From NCBI RefSeq assembly GCF_004353825.1, contig NZ_SMNA01000011.1, positions 62,001 to 126,000 on the forward strand: a stretch of DNA of 64,000 nucleotides, in the 5' to 3' direction. Below are positions 30,809-39,505 of this stretch, piece after piece (the first letter of the stretch is position 1; each line of letters starts with the position of its first letter). The DNA is from Occultella glacieicola. Lineage in GTDB: Bacteria > Actinomycetota > Actinomycetes > Actinomycetales > Beutenbergiaceae. Made by a program: the position numbers and the translations under genes. The notes beneath the pieces are model-generated. The model was given only the letters and a program-made list of their open reading frames with translations, was not told the DNA's origin and did no database searches.

Positions 30809-31681
30809 AAGGCTGAGATCCGCGCAGCGCGTATCTTCGTGAGCATCGTCATGGGCGCCATCATGGCGATCTGCGCCGTCTTCCTCGCGGTTGGCGCCAC
30901 CATCCCGGAATGGTTCGTCATCGCCGGCCGGTGGCTGCCCGCCCTGGTCTCGCTCCTCGTGCTGCGGGTGGTGGCACTACCCGGCGGGCCGGTTCGCTGG
31001 TGGGCCTTGCGGGCGGGCGGATGGCGCCAACTCCTCGGGGGCAGTGCACTGACGATCCTCGCCCTGCTCACCGTCTACGTCCTGAGCGTGCTGCCCGTCC
31101 TGATCCTGGGGACCGCGCAGCCACAGCCCGCGGCCGCCCTTGGCCAGGTGGCCCTCGCGCTGATCCCGACGATCGTGCTGTTCTCGCTCAGTACGTTCGG
31201 GGAGGAGGTCGGCTGGCGGGGCTTCCTGCAACGGACCCTGGCCGACCGGGGGTTCTGGCGCGCGTCGCTCACGGTCGCCGCCGCCTGGGCGGCCTTCCAC
31301 GTTCCGCTGCACGGTGCGATGGCGATCCAGGGCACGATCCCCTGGCTGATCGCGGCCACCTCGACGGTCGGCCTGATTCCCCTCGGCCTGTTCCTGAGCG
31401 CCGCGGTGGTTCGGTTCGGCAGCGTCTGGCCGGCGGTCTTCGCCCATGCCGTGCCGCTGTCCGCACTGAACCTGATCTCGAACGCCGGCGACCTGCCGCC
31501 GGGCACGCACTGGATCCTGACGGCGGTCACGGCCGTGCTGCTGACCGGCGCCGCGGCCCTGCTCGCGCGGCGTCAGCCCGCCGCGGACAGCGCCCGCAAC
31601 GGCCGCATGCCCTCCTCGACGACGTCGGCGATCGGGCGGGTACCGCCGTCGTCGAACCAGCGCTCCAACGCGGCGAAGTAG
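30794..31681 (+). CDS. CPBP (CAAX/Abi) intramembrane metalloprotease
   Basis: Motifs EEVGWRG, WAAFH and SVWPAVFAH; TM helices. Confidence 0.88.
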   Translation: MQRTNKAEIRAARIFVSIVMGAIMAICAVFLAVGATIPEWFVIAGRWLPALVSLLVLRVVALPGGPVRWWALRAGGWRQLLGGSALTILALLTVYVLSVLPVLILGTAQPQPAAALGQVALALIPTIVLFSLSTFGEEVGWRGFLQRTLADRGFWRASLTVAAAWAAFHVPLHGAMAIQGTIPWLIAATSTVGLIPLGLFLSAAVVRFGSVWPAVFAHAVPLSALNLISNAGDLPPGTHWILTAVTAVLLTGAAALLARRQPAADSARNGRMPSSTTSAIGRVPPSSNQRSNAAK

Positions 31682-32157
31682 CCGAACGCGAGGGCGTGGG
31701 CGACGACCTGGGCCTGCGTGCCGCTGCGCCCCGGCCCGGCGAGCAGGGGTGCGATCCGGTTGGCGGCGCGGTCGAGAGTGACCAGCACCGCCGCTCGGAC
31801 CGACGGTTCGGCGAAGAAGTAGCGGACCCGGCGCCGTGAGGTGGGCTCCGCGGACCCGCCGCCGAGATCGGTGGGCGTCTCGTACCTCAGCACGGACTCG
31901 AGCAGGCTGCCGACCGGGTCCGCCGGGTCGAACCTCTCCGCGAGCTCGGCGTCCGTGAGCGTGTCGAAGTCATCGGCAACGAGCAGGCCCTCCTTGGTGC
32001 CGAAGTAGCGATACACCGAGGACGGCGAGACCTCGGCCGCGGCCGCGATCTGCTCGATCGTGACGGCCGCGTAGCCGTGCTCGTCGAAGAGGTCGAGGGC
32101 ACGTTCGGTGATGGTGTGCATGGCGGCTCGGCGCCACTGCTCGCGAAGTCCCGACAT
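31573..32157 (-). CDS. TetR-family regulator
   Basis: HTH VTIEQIAAAAEVSPSSVYRYFGTKE; start MSGLREQW. Confidence 0.9.
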   Translation of the reverse strand: MSGLREQWRRAAMHTITERALDLFDEHGYAAVTIEQIAAAAEVSPSSVYRYFGTKEGLLVADDFDTLTDAELAERFDPADPVGSLLESVLRYETPTDLGGGSAEPTSRRRVRYFFAEPSVRAAVLVTLDRAANRIAPLLAGPGRSGTQAQVVAHALAFGYFAALERWFDDGGTRPIADVVEEGMRPLRALSAAG

Positions 32158-32177
32158 ACCCAGGATCCTAGTCAGGA

Positions 32178-32257
32178 GACAGTTACTGTCCAGTTGATGT
32201 TGACTGCCTTGGTACCGAATGGCAGAGTTGCTTTCGTACAGACAGTCACTGTCTGTA
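32178..32257. promoter_or_regulatory. Two TetR operator palindromes
   Basis: GACAGT-T-ACTGTC (32178-32190) and TACAGACAGT-C-ACTGTCTGTA (32237-32257). Confidence 0.8.
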
Positions 32258-32284
32258 TTCCCCAAGAGATTCTGGAGGGTCTCC

Positions 32285-32779
32285 ATGACCGCCATGTCCA
32301 CGTCGCCCCCACGTCCGAGCCAGCGGGCCGCGCTGCCCGCACTGTGGCTCGGGCTCGTGCTCACGATCGCCGTCGGTGCCTACGCCGCGCTCGACAACAT
32401 GACCACCCACGTGCTCGCCGATCACATCCGAGCCACCTACCCGGCCGTCGGCGAGCCCGGCGTCCAAGCGGGCGTGACCACGTATGTCGCGATCCTGCTG
32501 ACCGTAGGCGGCCTCGGCGCCCTTGGGTGGCTCGCGACCATCTGGGTGGCCCACGGCGGCCGGCGCGGGACGCACTGGGTCGCGACCGGCCTGCTCGGCG
32601 CCGCCGTCGCGGTCGCCGTGGTGGGCCTGACCACGCTGGACACGTCCGGCGAGGTCGGCCTCGCGCCGCTGATGGGCTGGCTGGTGCTGCTCCCCTGCGT
32701 GCCCGGCCTGGTCGCCGTCGTCATGCTGTGGGCCCGGCGTCGCACGGCGAGCACACGTGGCTCGGCGAACACACCATGA
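32285..32779 (+). CDS. Hypothetical 4-TM membrane protein
   Basis: RBS GGAGG; four hydrophobic segments. Confidence 0.75.
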   Translation: MTAMSTSPPRPSQRAALPALWLGLVLTIAVGAYAALDNMTTHVLADHIRATYPAVGEPGVQAGVTTYVAILLTVGGLGALGWLATIWVAHGGRRGTHWVATGLLGAAVAVAVVGLTTLDTSGEVGLAPLMGWLVLLPCVPGLVAVVMLWARRRTASTRGSANTP

Positions 32780-33306
32780 GCCGTGCCACGGCCCGGCCGC
32801 GGGCCCCGGCCTCCCGGCTCGGCCGGGCCGTGGTGCACCGCGCCGGGGCTCTCAAGCGTGCGCTCTACCGGACCGGCCGACCGACGGCACCGATGCGCTG
32901 CTGGAACCGTCTCGATGCCCGGCTGTACGCACTCTGTGGGCTCGTCCCCCGGCGGGCAGCCGTGCTCGAGGTCCCCGGTCGGCACTCCGGCCAGGTGCAC
33001 CGGGTCCCTGTCGCCATCGCGGATCTCGACGGCGATGAGTACCTGGTCTCGATGCTGGGGCCCGGGGCGAACTGGGTGGGCAACGTCGAGGCGACCGGCG
33101 CGCGGGCAACGCTGCGTCGGCGCGGGCGGAGTGTCCGGGTACGCCTGGAGCCCGTGCCCGTGGCCGAGCGCGCGCCGATCCTACGGCGCTATCTCGCGGT
33201 CGCCCGAGGAGCGCGGCCGCATCTGGCGGTGTCCCCGGAGGCGCCGCTGACCGAGTTCGCCCGGATCGCGGCCAACCATCCGACGTTCCGCGTCCAGGAT
33301 CGGTGA
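32776..33306 (+). CDS. Deazaflavin (F420)-dependent nitroreductase-like protein
   Basis: Motifs LEVPGRHSGQVHRVPV, ANWVGNV and HPTFRV; ATGA overlap. Confidence 0.75.
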   Translation: MSRATARPRAPASRLGRAVVHRAGALKRALYRTGRPTAPMRCWNRLDARLYALCGLVPRRAAVLEVPGRHSGQVHRVPVAIADLDGDEYLVSMLGPGANWVGNVEATGARATLRRRGRSVRVRLEPVPVAERAPILRRYLAVARGARPHLAVSPEAPLTEFARIAANHPTFRVQDR

Positions 33307-33314
33307 GCCGGCCG

Positions 33315-34178
33315 CTATCGCTCCAGGACCGCACGCAGCTTCTCGGCGAACGCCGCCGGATCGTTGTCGGGCGTCCACTCGTTGGCGGCGAAGCCGCCAT
33401 GGTCGCCGGGGAACACGACGGGCTCGACGCCCAGCCGGGCGGCCAGTGCCTGGCCACCGCGCCGCGCCATCGTGCCCTCACCCTCGGCGCCCACGGCCGG
33501 GACGATCCGCGCCGGCGAGCCGAGCAGGGCCGCGACGTCCGGCGTGTAGGGCGGTGCCGCCATCGTGTGGGCGAGCAGCGGGTCGGCGCGCGAGCCGTCG
33601 TCGCCGGTGGGCAGACCGTACTGCGCGGGATCGGGTTCGGGCTGTTCCAGGTAGTCCGCCGGTAACGGGCCGGCCTGGGTGACCAGCCGAAGGAACTTGG
33701 CCATGGCGGGCCCGAACCCACGGTCCCGGTAGGTGGAGACGATGTCGGCGTTGACCTCGGCCAGGATGTCGGCGTCCTCGAGCAGCGTGGCGAGGGGCGG
33801 TTCATGGGCGACCAGCGTCCGAACCTGATCCGGGTGGCTCACCACCCAGCAGAGCGCGACCGTCGCTCCCCCACTCGAACCGAACACGTCGACCGGACCC
33901 GGTCCGACCGCCTCCCACACCCGGTGGATGTCGTCAGCGTGGATCTCGGTGGTCGCCACGCCGCCGGTGGTGAGGTGGCTGCGGTCCGCCATCCGGGGGT
34001 CATAGGTGATCACCACCCGGTCGTCGAGATGGGACACCAGCTGCTCGAAGCCCGAGGCACCCATGGGCGAGCCGACGATGACGAGCGGCAGGTGCTGCGC
34101 CGGACGCTCCGGCTCATGCACGTCGTAGGTCAGCACGGCTCCGGGCACGTCCAGGGTCCGCGTCGTGGTCATCGTCAT
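33315..34178 (-). CDS. Alpha/beta hydrolase
   Basis: Motifs TYDPR, GSSGG (nucleophile elbow), HEPP and FPGDHGGF. Confidence 0.88.
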   Translation of the reverse strand: MTMTTTRTLDVPGAVLTYDVHEPERPAQHLPLVIVGSPMGASGFEQLVSHLDDRVVITYDPRMADRSHLTTGGVATTEIHADDIHRVWEAVGPGPVDVFGSSGGATVALCWVVSHPDQVRTLVAHEPPLATLLEDADILAEVNADIVSTYRDRGFGPAMAKFLRLVTQAGPLPADYLEQPEPDPAQYGLPTGDDGSRADPLLAHTMAAPPYTPDVAALLGSPARIVPAVGAEGEGTMARRGGQALAARLGVEPVVFPGDHGGFAANEWTPDNDPAAFAEKLRAVLER

Positions 34179-34206
34179 GCTCGAATCCCTCCGGCGGTCG
34201 CGTCAG

Positions 34207-34746
34207 TCAGTCGGTGGATCGGTAGGTCAGGAGCAGGCTCCCCTTAGGGGTGTGCTCGGCGGCGACGAGGTCAAGCCTCGGATGGTGCCCGGCGCCGTCC
34301 AGGAGCCGCCGCCCGCTGCCCGCGATGGACGCCGCGACCACGAGCCGGAGCTCGTCGACCAGCCCCGCGGCCAGGAGTGCACGCGCCAGGGTGATGCTGC
34401 CGTGCACGCCGATGTCACCGCCGTCGCCGCGACACAGCTCGGCGACGTACTCGGGCGCCGGGCGGTCGACCGGGATCGTATTGGCCCACTCCCCGTCCAG
34501 CGGCCGGGAACTGAAGACGTGCTTGGGCGTGGTGTTGATGAAGGTCGCGAACGGCTCCACCTCGGACGTCGGCCAGTAGCCGGACCAATAGTCGTAGGTG
34601 CCACGCCCCAACAGGACGTCCTCCTGGCGCGCGATGATCGTCGCGAGATTGTCGAAGATGGGCCGGTCGCCGTCATGCATCCAGTCGCCCGGCTCCTCGG
34701 CGACGCCGTCCAGGGAGATCAGTTCGTAGAGCACCACTCGGCGCAT
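34207..34746 (-). CDS. Dihydrofolate reductase/RibD-C-family protein
   Basis: Motifs ISLDGV, LLGRGTY and GSITLARALLAAGLVDEL. Confidence 0.88.
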   Translation of the reverse strand: MRRVVLYELISLDGVAEEPGDWMHDGDRPIFDNLATIIARQEDVLLGRGTYDYWSGYWPTSEVEPFATFINTTPKHVFSSRPLDGEWANTIPVDRPAPEYVAELCRGDGGDIGVHGSITLARALLAAGLVDELRLVVAASIAGSGRRLLDGAGHHPRLDLVAAEHTPKGSLLLTYRSTD

Positions 34747-34822
34747 GGTCGGACCCGTTCCCTCGCTCGTTCGGTCTGGCGGTCGCCACGCGTCGATCAT
34801 GCCCGCCGGTCTCGGACGGAGC

Positions 34823-34840
34823 ATACGCCGGTGGGCGTAT
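34823..34840. promoter_or_regulatory. Putative response-regulator box
   Basis: ATACG-N8-CGTAT; a second copy lies at 36721. Confidence 0.6.
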
Positions 34841-34870
34841 CTTCCTCGAGGGCCCCGCGATGGGACGGGC

Positions 34871-35986
34871 TCAACCGGGCAGGACCGCGATGACCCGGAA
34901 CCGACCGTCGCCGGTGCCCACCAAGATCTCGCCACCCACGGCGTCGACCCGTCGGCGCATCCCCGTGATCCCGAAACCCTCGCTGACCGGCCCGGCGTGC
35001 GCCGTCGGGTTGACCACCTCGAGGTGCACGGCCGCGAGGACGTACCGCAGGGTGACCGTCGCATGGCGTCGGCTCGCATGCTTGGCGACGTTGGTGAGCG
35101 ATTCCTGGACCACGCGGTATCCGGCGACGTCCACTGCCGGGTCGAGCACCCGCGGCGTTCCGGTGATGGCCAGGTCGACGTCGACACCCGACTCTCGCAT
35201 TCGGGCGCACAGGTCCGCGAGCCGGGCCAGACCCGGAGTCGGGGCGCGGGACTCGGTGGACGCAGTGGTGGCGTCGTGCGGGGCGATGGCCGCGAGCGTG
35301 ACGCGCAGCTCGGCCAGCGCCTCGGCGCTGGCCCGGCTGATGGCGTCGAGGGCGATGTCCGCCTGCTCCGGCTTGCGGCCGCGGACGTGCCGCGCGATGT
35401 CGGCCTGCATCTGGATCGCGGCCAGGCCGTGTCCGACGATGTCATGGACCTCGGACGCGAGCCGGAGCCGCTCCTCGTCCAGAGCACGTCGCTCGGTCTC
35501 GGCTCGCTGTCGCGCGGCCGACTCGACGACCAGGCGCCGAGTCAGTCCCACGCTGAAGGGCACCACGATCCAGGCCGATCCGGGCAGGAAGCCCCAGAGC
35601 CCGTCGAGCGCCGCCGCGTTGGTGAACACGTGCACGAGCAGGAGTGGCAGAGCGATCCCCGCGGCCAGCACGGCCGGCCGCATCCGCTCCCGGCGGGCCA
35701 TCGTGTAGGTCGCGACCGCGACGCAGAGCAGGATCGACCCGTAGGGGTAGCCGACGATCAGGTACACCGACGCTGAGATGGTGCAGATCCCGAAGGAGAT
35801 CAGCGGCCACCATCGCAGCCCCGCGGAGATGGCCGCCACCACCACGAGGACCACGGCCCAGGCGTCGATCGGTCGGGACTGGGTCCCCCAGACGTTCAGC
35901 AACGGAAGGCTGACCACGCCCAGGACCGCGAGGAACCCCATCAGGACGAGGTTCCCGATGAGGTCGCGGTTCGCGCGCGTCACCAC
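34871..35986 (-). CDS. Sensor histidine kinase (HisKA_3/NarX-type)
   Basis: TM N-terminus; motifs ERLRLASEVHDIVGH, QESLTNVAKHA and GFGITGMRRR. Confidence 0.92.
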   Translation of the reverse strand: MVTRANRDLIGNLVLMGFLAVLGVVSLPLLNVWGTQSRPIDAWAVVLVVVAAISAGLRWWPLISFGICTISASVYLIVGYPYGSILLCVAVATYTMARRERMRPAVLAAGIALPLLLVHVFTNAAALDGLWGFLPGSAWIVVPFSVGLTRRLVVESAARQRAETERRALDEERLRLASEVHDIVGHGLAAIQMQADIARHVRGRKPEQADIALDAISRASAEALAELRVTLAAIAPHDATTASTESRAPTPGLARLADLCARMRESGVDVDLAITGTPRVLDPAVDVAGYRVVQESLTNVAKHASRRHATVTLRYVLAAVHLEVVNPTAHAGPVSEGFGITGMRRRVDAVGGEILVGTGDGRFRVIAVLPG

Positions 35987-35987
35987 C

Positions 35988-36662
35988 TCACCATGGTGCC
36001 GTACCCGGCGCGGCGGGCACGGCCGCACGCGCGCGGTGGTAGGCGGTGCCGGCGACGACCAGGGTGACCATGCACGCCAGACGTCCCAGGGGCAGGAACA
36101 GGGAGGCGTAGTAGATCGCGATCGACAGCAGCGACAGGACCGCCAGGCTCCCCGCGATCCGGGCAACCACCCGGACCGACCGGCTCCAGCCGTGGGCCAC
36201 ACTGATCGACAGCACGAAGACGCCGAGGGCGACCACGTGGGTCACACCGCCGGCGTAGAACGAGACGCTGCGCACCGTGGCGACCACGCCGGTGCCGGCG
36301 GTCTCGGCGATGAGGCCGAGGACGACCGAGAGGATCGCGCTGGTGAGGATCGCCGCCACCGCGACCCAGCCGGCGACCCGGCCCAGTCGCTCCAGCCGCC
36401 CGCGCGCCGGCTCCGTTGCGGTCGTTCGGGTGAGCGGCCCGGCGACGACGATGGCGAGGCCGAGCCCGGAGACGCCCTGGAGCAGCCCGGTGAGCAGCGA
36501 CGGGGTCGTGTTCGCCGCGAGGTACTCCTGCACCTGCGCCGGCGGGGACCCGGGCAACGGCAGGTCCCCGACGCTGAACGCGCCGGCGACCGGCGAGACG
36601 GCCAGATAGAACAACAGGAAGAGCAGGGCGCCGAGCAAGGGCGAGGGAGTGCGTGCGGTCAT
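35988..36662 (-). CDS. Hypothetical membrane protein
   Basis: About six hydrophobic segments; directly upstream of the kinase. Confidence 0.7.
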   Translation of the reverse strand: MTARTPSPLLGALLFLLFYLAVSPVAGAFSVGDLPLPGSPPAQVQEYLAANTTPSLLTGLLQGVSGLGLAIVVAGPLTRTTATEPARGRLERLGRVAGWVAVAAILTSAILSVVLGLIAETAGTGVVATVRSVSFYAGGVTHVVALGVFVLSISVAHGWSRSVRVVARIAGSLAVLSLLSIAIYYASLFLPLGRLACMVTLVVAGTAYHRARAAVPAAPGTAPW

Positions 36663-36720
36663 GCAGGTCAGCCTCGTCGTGCGGCGACGTCGCGTCGTCC
36701 TGCCACGAGCGTCATTCTGA

Positions 36721-36738
36721 ATACGTCCACCGCCGTAT
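36721..36738. promoter_or_regulatory. Putative response-regulator box
   Basis: ATACG-N8-CGTAT in a divergent intergenic region. Confidence 0.6.
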
Positions 36739-36795
36739 GCACCGCGCCGGGACGTGTGCCGATACTGGGGTCCCGACCGGACCGGAGGAGCCCAG

Positions 36796-37398
36796 ATGAC
36801 CACCACGGTACCCACCGCGCCCGACCAGTCCACCGCGTCGGCGGGCCGAGCGCCGCGCCGGACCAGCCCGATGGAGCCTCGCCCGCGCTCGTGGCCGCGA
36901 CTCGGTGCCCGCGCGCGTCGGGTGGTGCTGATCGTGCACCTGGCCTCCGCCGGGTCGTGGCTCGGTCTCGACGTGGTCCTCGGGGTCCTGGTCGTCACCG
37001 CGCTCGGTGCGGCACCCGCCACGGCCGCAGCCCTCACGGTCGCGATCGGCACGTTCGTCGGCTGGCCGCTCGTCGCCGTCGCCCTGATCACCCTGCTCAG
37101 CGGCGGTGTGCTCGGGCTGGGGTCCAAGTACGGGCTGGTGCGCTACCGGTGGGTCCTGACCAAACTCGTCCTGACCCTGGTGCTGATCGGGCTGGTCGTC
37201 GGCGTGCTGGTCCCGTCCGTCGCCGAGCTCGCGGCGACGGCGACGGCGTCGGCGCCGCCTGTCGGGACAGGCACCTTCGAGGTCGGTCGGCAGTTGATCT
37301 TCCCTCCGATCGTGTCCTCGCTCGCCCTGTTGTTCGCCATCACGCTCTCGGTCACCAAGCCATGGGGTCGCCGCCGGGCCGCCGGGTTGGCCCGATGA
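36796..37398 (+). CDS. Hypothetical membrane protein (DUF2269-like)
   Basis: Motifs HLASAGSWLG, GLVRYRWVLTKL and LSVTKPWG; RBS GGAGGAG. Confidence 0.72.
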   Translation: MTTTVPTAPDQSTASAGRAPRRTSPMEPRPRSWPRLGARARRVVLIVHLASAGSWLGLDVVLGVLVVTALGAAPATAAALTVAIGTFVGWPLVAVALITLLSGGVLGLGSKYGLVRYRWVLTKLVLTLVLIGLVVGVLVPSVAELAATATASAPPVGTGTFEVGRQLIFPPIVSSLALLFAITLSVTKPWGRRRAAGLAR

Positions 37399-38045
37399 TC
37401 CGGGTGCTCCTGGTCGACGACCAGGACCTGGTCAGGATCGGGCTGCGGACGCTGATCGAGAACGAGGACGGGTTCGAGGTCGCCGGCGAGGCGGCGGACG
37501 GCCTGGCCGCCGTGGACGAGGCGATCCGGACCCGGCCGGACGTCGTCCTGATGGACATCAGGATGCCCGGGATCGACGGCCTCGAGGCGACCAGGCGGAT
37601 CGTCGCCGAGGCGGACCTGGCCGGGACCCGGGTGATCGTACTGACCACGTTCGAGCGGGACGAGTACGTGTTCGAGGCCCTGCACGTCGGGGCGTCGGGA
37701 TTCCTGCTGAAGGACACCCCGCCGGCGCACCTGCTCGACGCGATCACCACGGTGGTCGACGGCGGTGCGCTGTTGGCACCGAGCGTCACCCGGACCCTCA
37801 TCGCCGAGTTCGTCACGGCCGGCCGCCGGGTGTTGACGCCCCACCCGCAACTCGACCAACTGACCGCCCGGGAGACCGAGATCGTGACCCTGGTCGCCGA
37901 GGGTCTCAACAATCACGAGATCGCGCAGCGGCTGTTCCTCAGTCCGGCCACCGCCCGCACCCACGTCAGCCGGGCCATGATCAAACTCGGCGCACGCGAC
38001 CGCGCGCAACTCGTGGTCTTCGCCTTCCAGTCGGGCCTCGCCTGA
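37395..38045 (+). CDS. NarL/LuxR-family response regulator
   Basis: Receiver domain (LLVDDQ, VLMDIRMP, FLLKD) plus HTH LTARETE..KLGARDR. Confidence 0.95.
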   Translation: MIRVLLVDDQDLVRIGLRTLIENEDGFEVAGEAADGLAAVDEAIRTRPDVVLMDIRMPGIDGLEATRRIVAEADLAGTRVIVLTTFERDEYVFEALHVGASGFLLKDTPPAHLLDAITTVVDGGALLAPSVTRTLIAEFVTAGRRVLTPHPQLDQLTARETEIVTLVAEGLNNHEIAQRLFLSPATARTHVSRAMIKLGARDRAQLVVFAFQSGLA

Positions 38046-38073
38046 GACCGAGGTGCCGGGTTGGACAACGAGA

Positions 38074-38108
38074 AGAACCCCGCTCCGCGAACACGCGGGC
38101 CGGGTTCT
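38074..38108. terminator. Hairpin terminator (downstream of the RR gene and of the tRNA fragment)
   Basis: AGAACCC..CCGCG-AACA-CGCGG..GGGTTCT. Confidence 0.7.
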
Positions 38109-38123
38109 GCTTACTTCGCATTC

Positions 38124-38140
38124 TGTGGAGCTAAGGGGAA
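38124..38140 (-). other. tRNA-Ala 3'-end fragment, putative att core of a genomic island
   Basis: The minus strand reads TTCCCCTTAGCTCCACA, matching the T-stem/acceptor end of actinobacterial tRNA-Ala; no 5' tRNA portion is present. Confidence 0.75.
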
Positions 38141-38417
38141 ACGCACCAGCATCGCGCTGGCCAGGTCAGACACCAAGAAGCTGAGAGTTGTGCCAGCCTT
38201 GTGCCAGTTCTGCGGATATCCGGTGCTGGCCACCGGCATAGGTTGCAAGGGAGGTGGACGGATGGGCTCTTGCACCCCTTGACCAGCTCCGTTCCGCAAG
38301 CAACGCAAGGATCCGACCCATTGGGTGCAACGAACATCGCGCGTGGCTCACGCCGTTCGGGTGGGCTGGGCGTCAGCATGCCCCACCGGGGTTTCCCATG
38401 CTGAGCAGTTGACGTTG

Positions 38418-38930
38418 TCACCGGCGAGTTGAGGCTGGCTCTGGCATGTCGTCCCACGTGCGGCCCTCAAGCTGACGACCGTTCGCTTTCGGTGTCCGAC
38501 CACCCCACTGCTTGAAGAAGAACGCCACGTCTGCTTCTAGGCACTGATCGCGGAGGTCCTCCACCCAGGCCGGGTCCATGGCACGCGCGCGAGGGCCGGA
38601 CTCTCCGCCGGCGATGAGCCAGTCGATCCTGTCGAGATTCAGCGCAGGCAGCGCAGTGATGAGCGGTTCACAGGATAGGAACCGGGTAGATGCGGGGACC
38701 GCTCGGAGATGGTCGATCCTGTCGACGGCATCGTACGACTCTATCGAGACTCCCATCCAGAGGTTGTCGGGCCAGTCGAGTCTGTCCGCCACTCTCGCCA
38801 TCCGGTGGGCACGCTTCGTCAGCACCTGGTAGGTATGCTGGGGAGTCCGGCGGATGACGTCGAAGATGCCACGGATGAAGTCGATTGGGACCTTGGCATG
38901 GAACAAGTCACTCATTGAGTTCACGATGAC
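38418..38930 (-). pseudogene. 5'-truncated phage Gp37/Gp68 (DUF5131) family gene
   Basis: Motifs VNSMSDLFH, YQVLTKR, RFLSCEPL, GGESGPRAR and FFFKQWGG; the Cys-rich N-terminus is absent. Confidence 0.8.
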
Positions 38931-39290
38931 CCTGTCCTGGTGGAAGCAAGAGCGCATCACCCCGGCTGATCGACACGCTCGGTGACGAATTGCTTGAGGT
39001 GCTCCTCACCTTTGAAGTCCCTGGTGCAGTCCCACATTCGACTGCCAGACGTGCGCGAGCACCTTGCGCGGGATGGCCGAGTGATGCTGGCGGATGCGGT
39101 ACGGCGTACGTAGCCGCGGCTGGTGTTCTCCGCGCACGAGACCAGCGAGTGTCCGGGGCATTGAACGAGGGACGAACGTGGGTTGAGGTCTTGATCATCG
39201 AGCCCAAGCCCGGGTCGACTCTCGTGCGGAACTTGGCGAGACTGTCCGTCGACCGGGAGTCCATCTGCGCACACTCACCTGCCAAGAACT

Positions 39291-39314
39291 GTTGATTCCC
39301 GAATCAATCTTGAC
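39291..39314. promoter_or_regulatory. Conserved 24-bp box, copy 1
   Basis: GTTGATT-CCCGAA-TCAATCTTGAC upstream of FAD oxidoreductase 1. Confidence 0.8.
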
Positions 39315-39505
39315 AGCATGGACAACCCGCATATCTACTCGGTACATAGTTGCGACCGTGCCACCTTGCCCTTCTGTCACATCGGCGGCGCGGCCGGGCG
39401 CATTCTGCGCAAGCAGTAGCAGCGGGTCGATGTTCGGCACTTCGTTCGGAAGGTTCCACCGAAGAGCAGTCACTACTCGCTCACGAGACATCTGGGAGAA
39501 CACAC

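Noticed and set aside
35778..37394. 755-aa extended response regulator
   Set aside because: Open-frame artefact of GC-rich DNA overlapping real genes; the receiver domain starts at 37395
1..38045. Numerous long Arg/Pro/Gly-rich alternative-frame ORFs
   Set aside because: Typical shadow ORFs of high-GC coding DNA with no family motifs
38124..38200. Intact tRNA-Ala gene
   Set aside because: Only the last ~17 nt match; there is no TTCGA T-loop, anticodon arm or D arm
38957..39290. Partner gene upstream of the Gp37/Gp68 remnant
   Set aside because: Short ORFs without recognisable motifs
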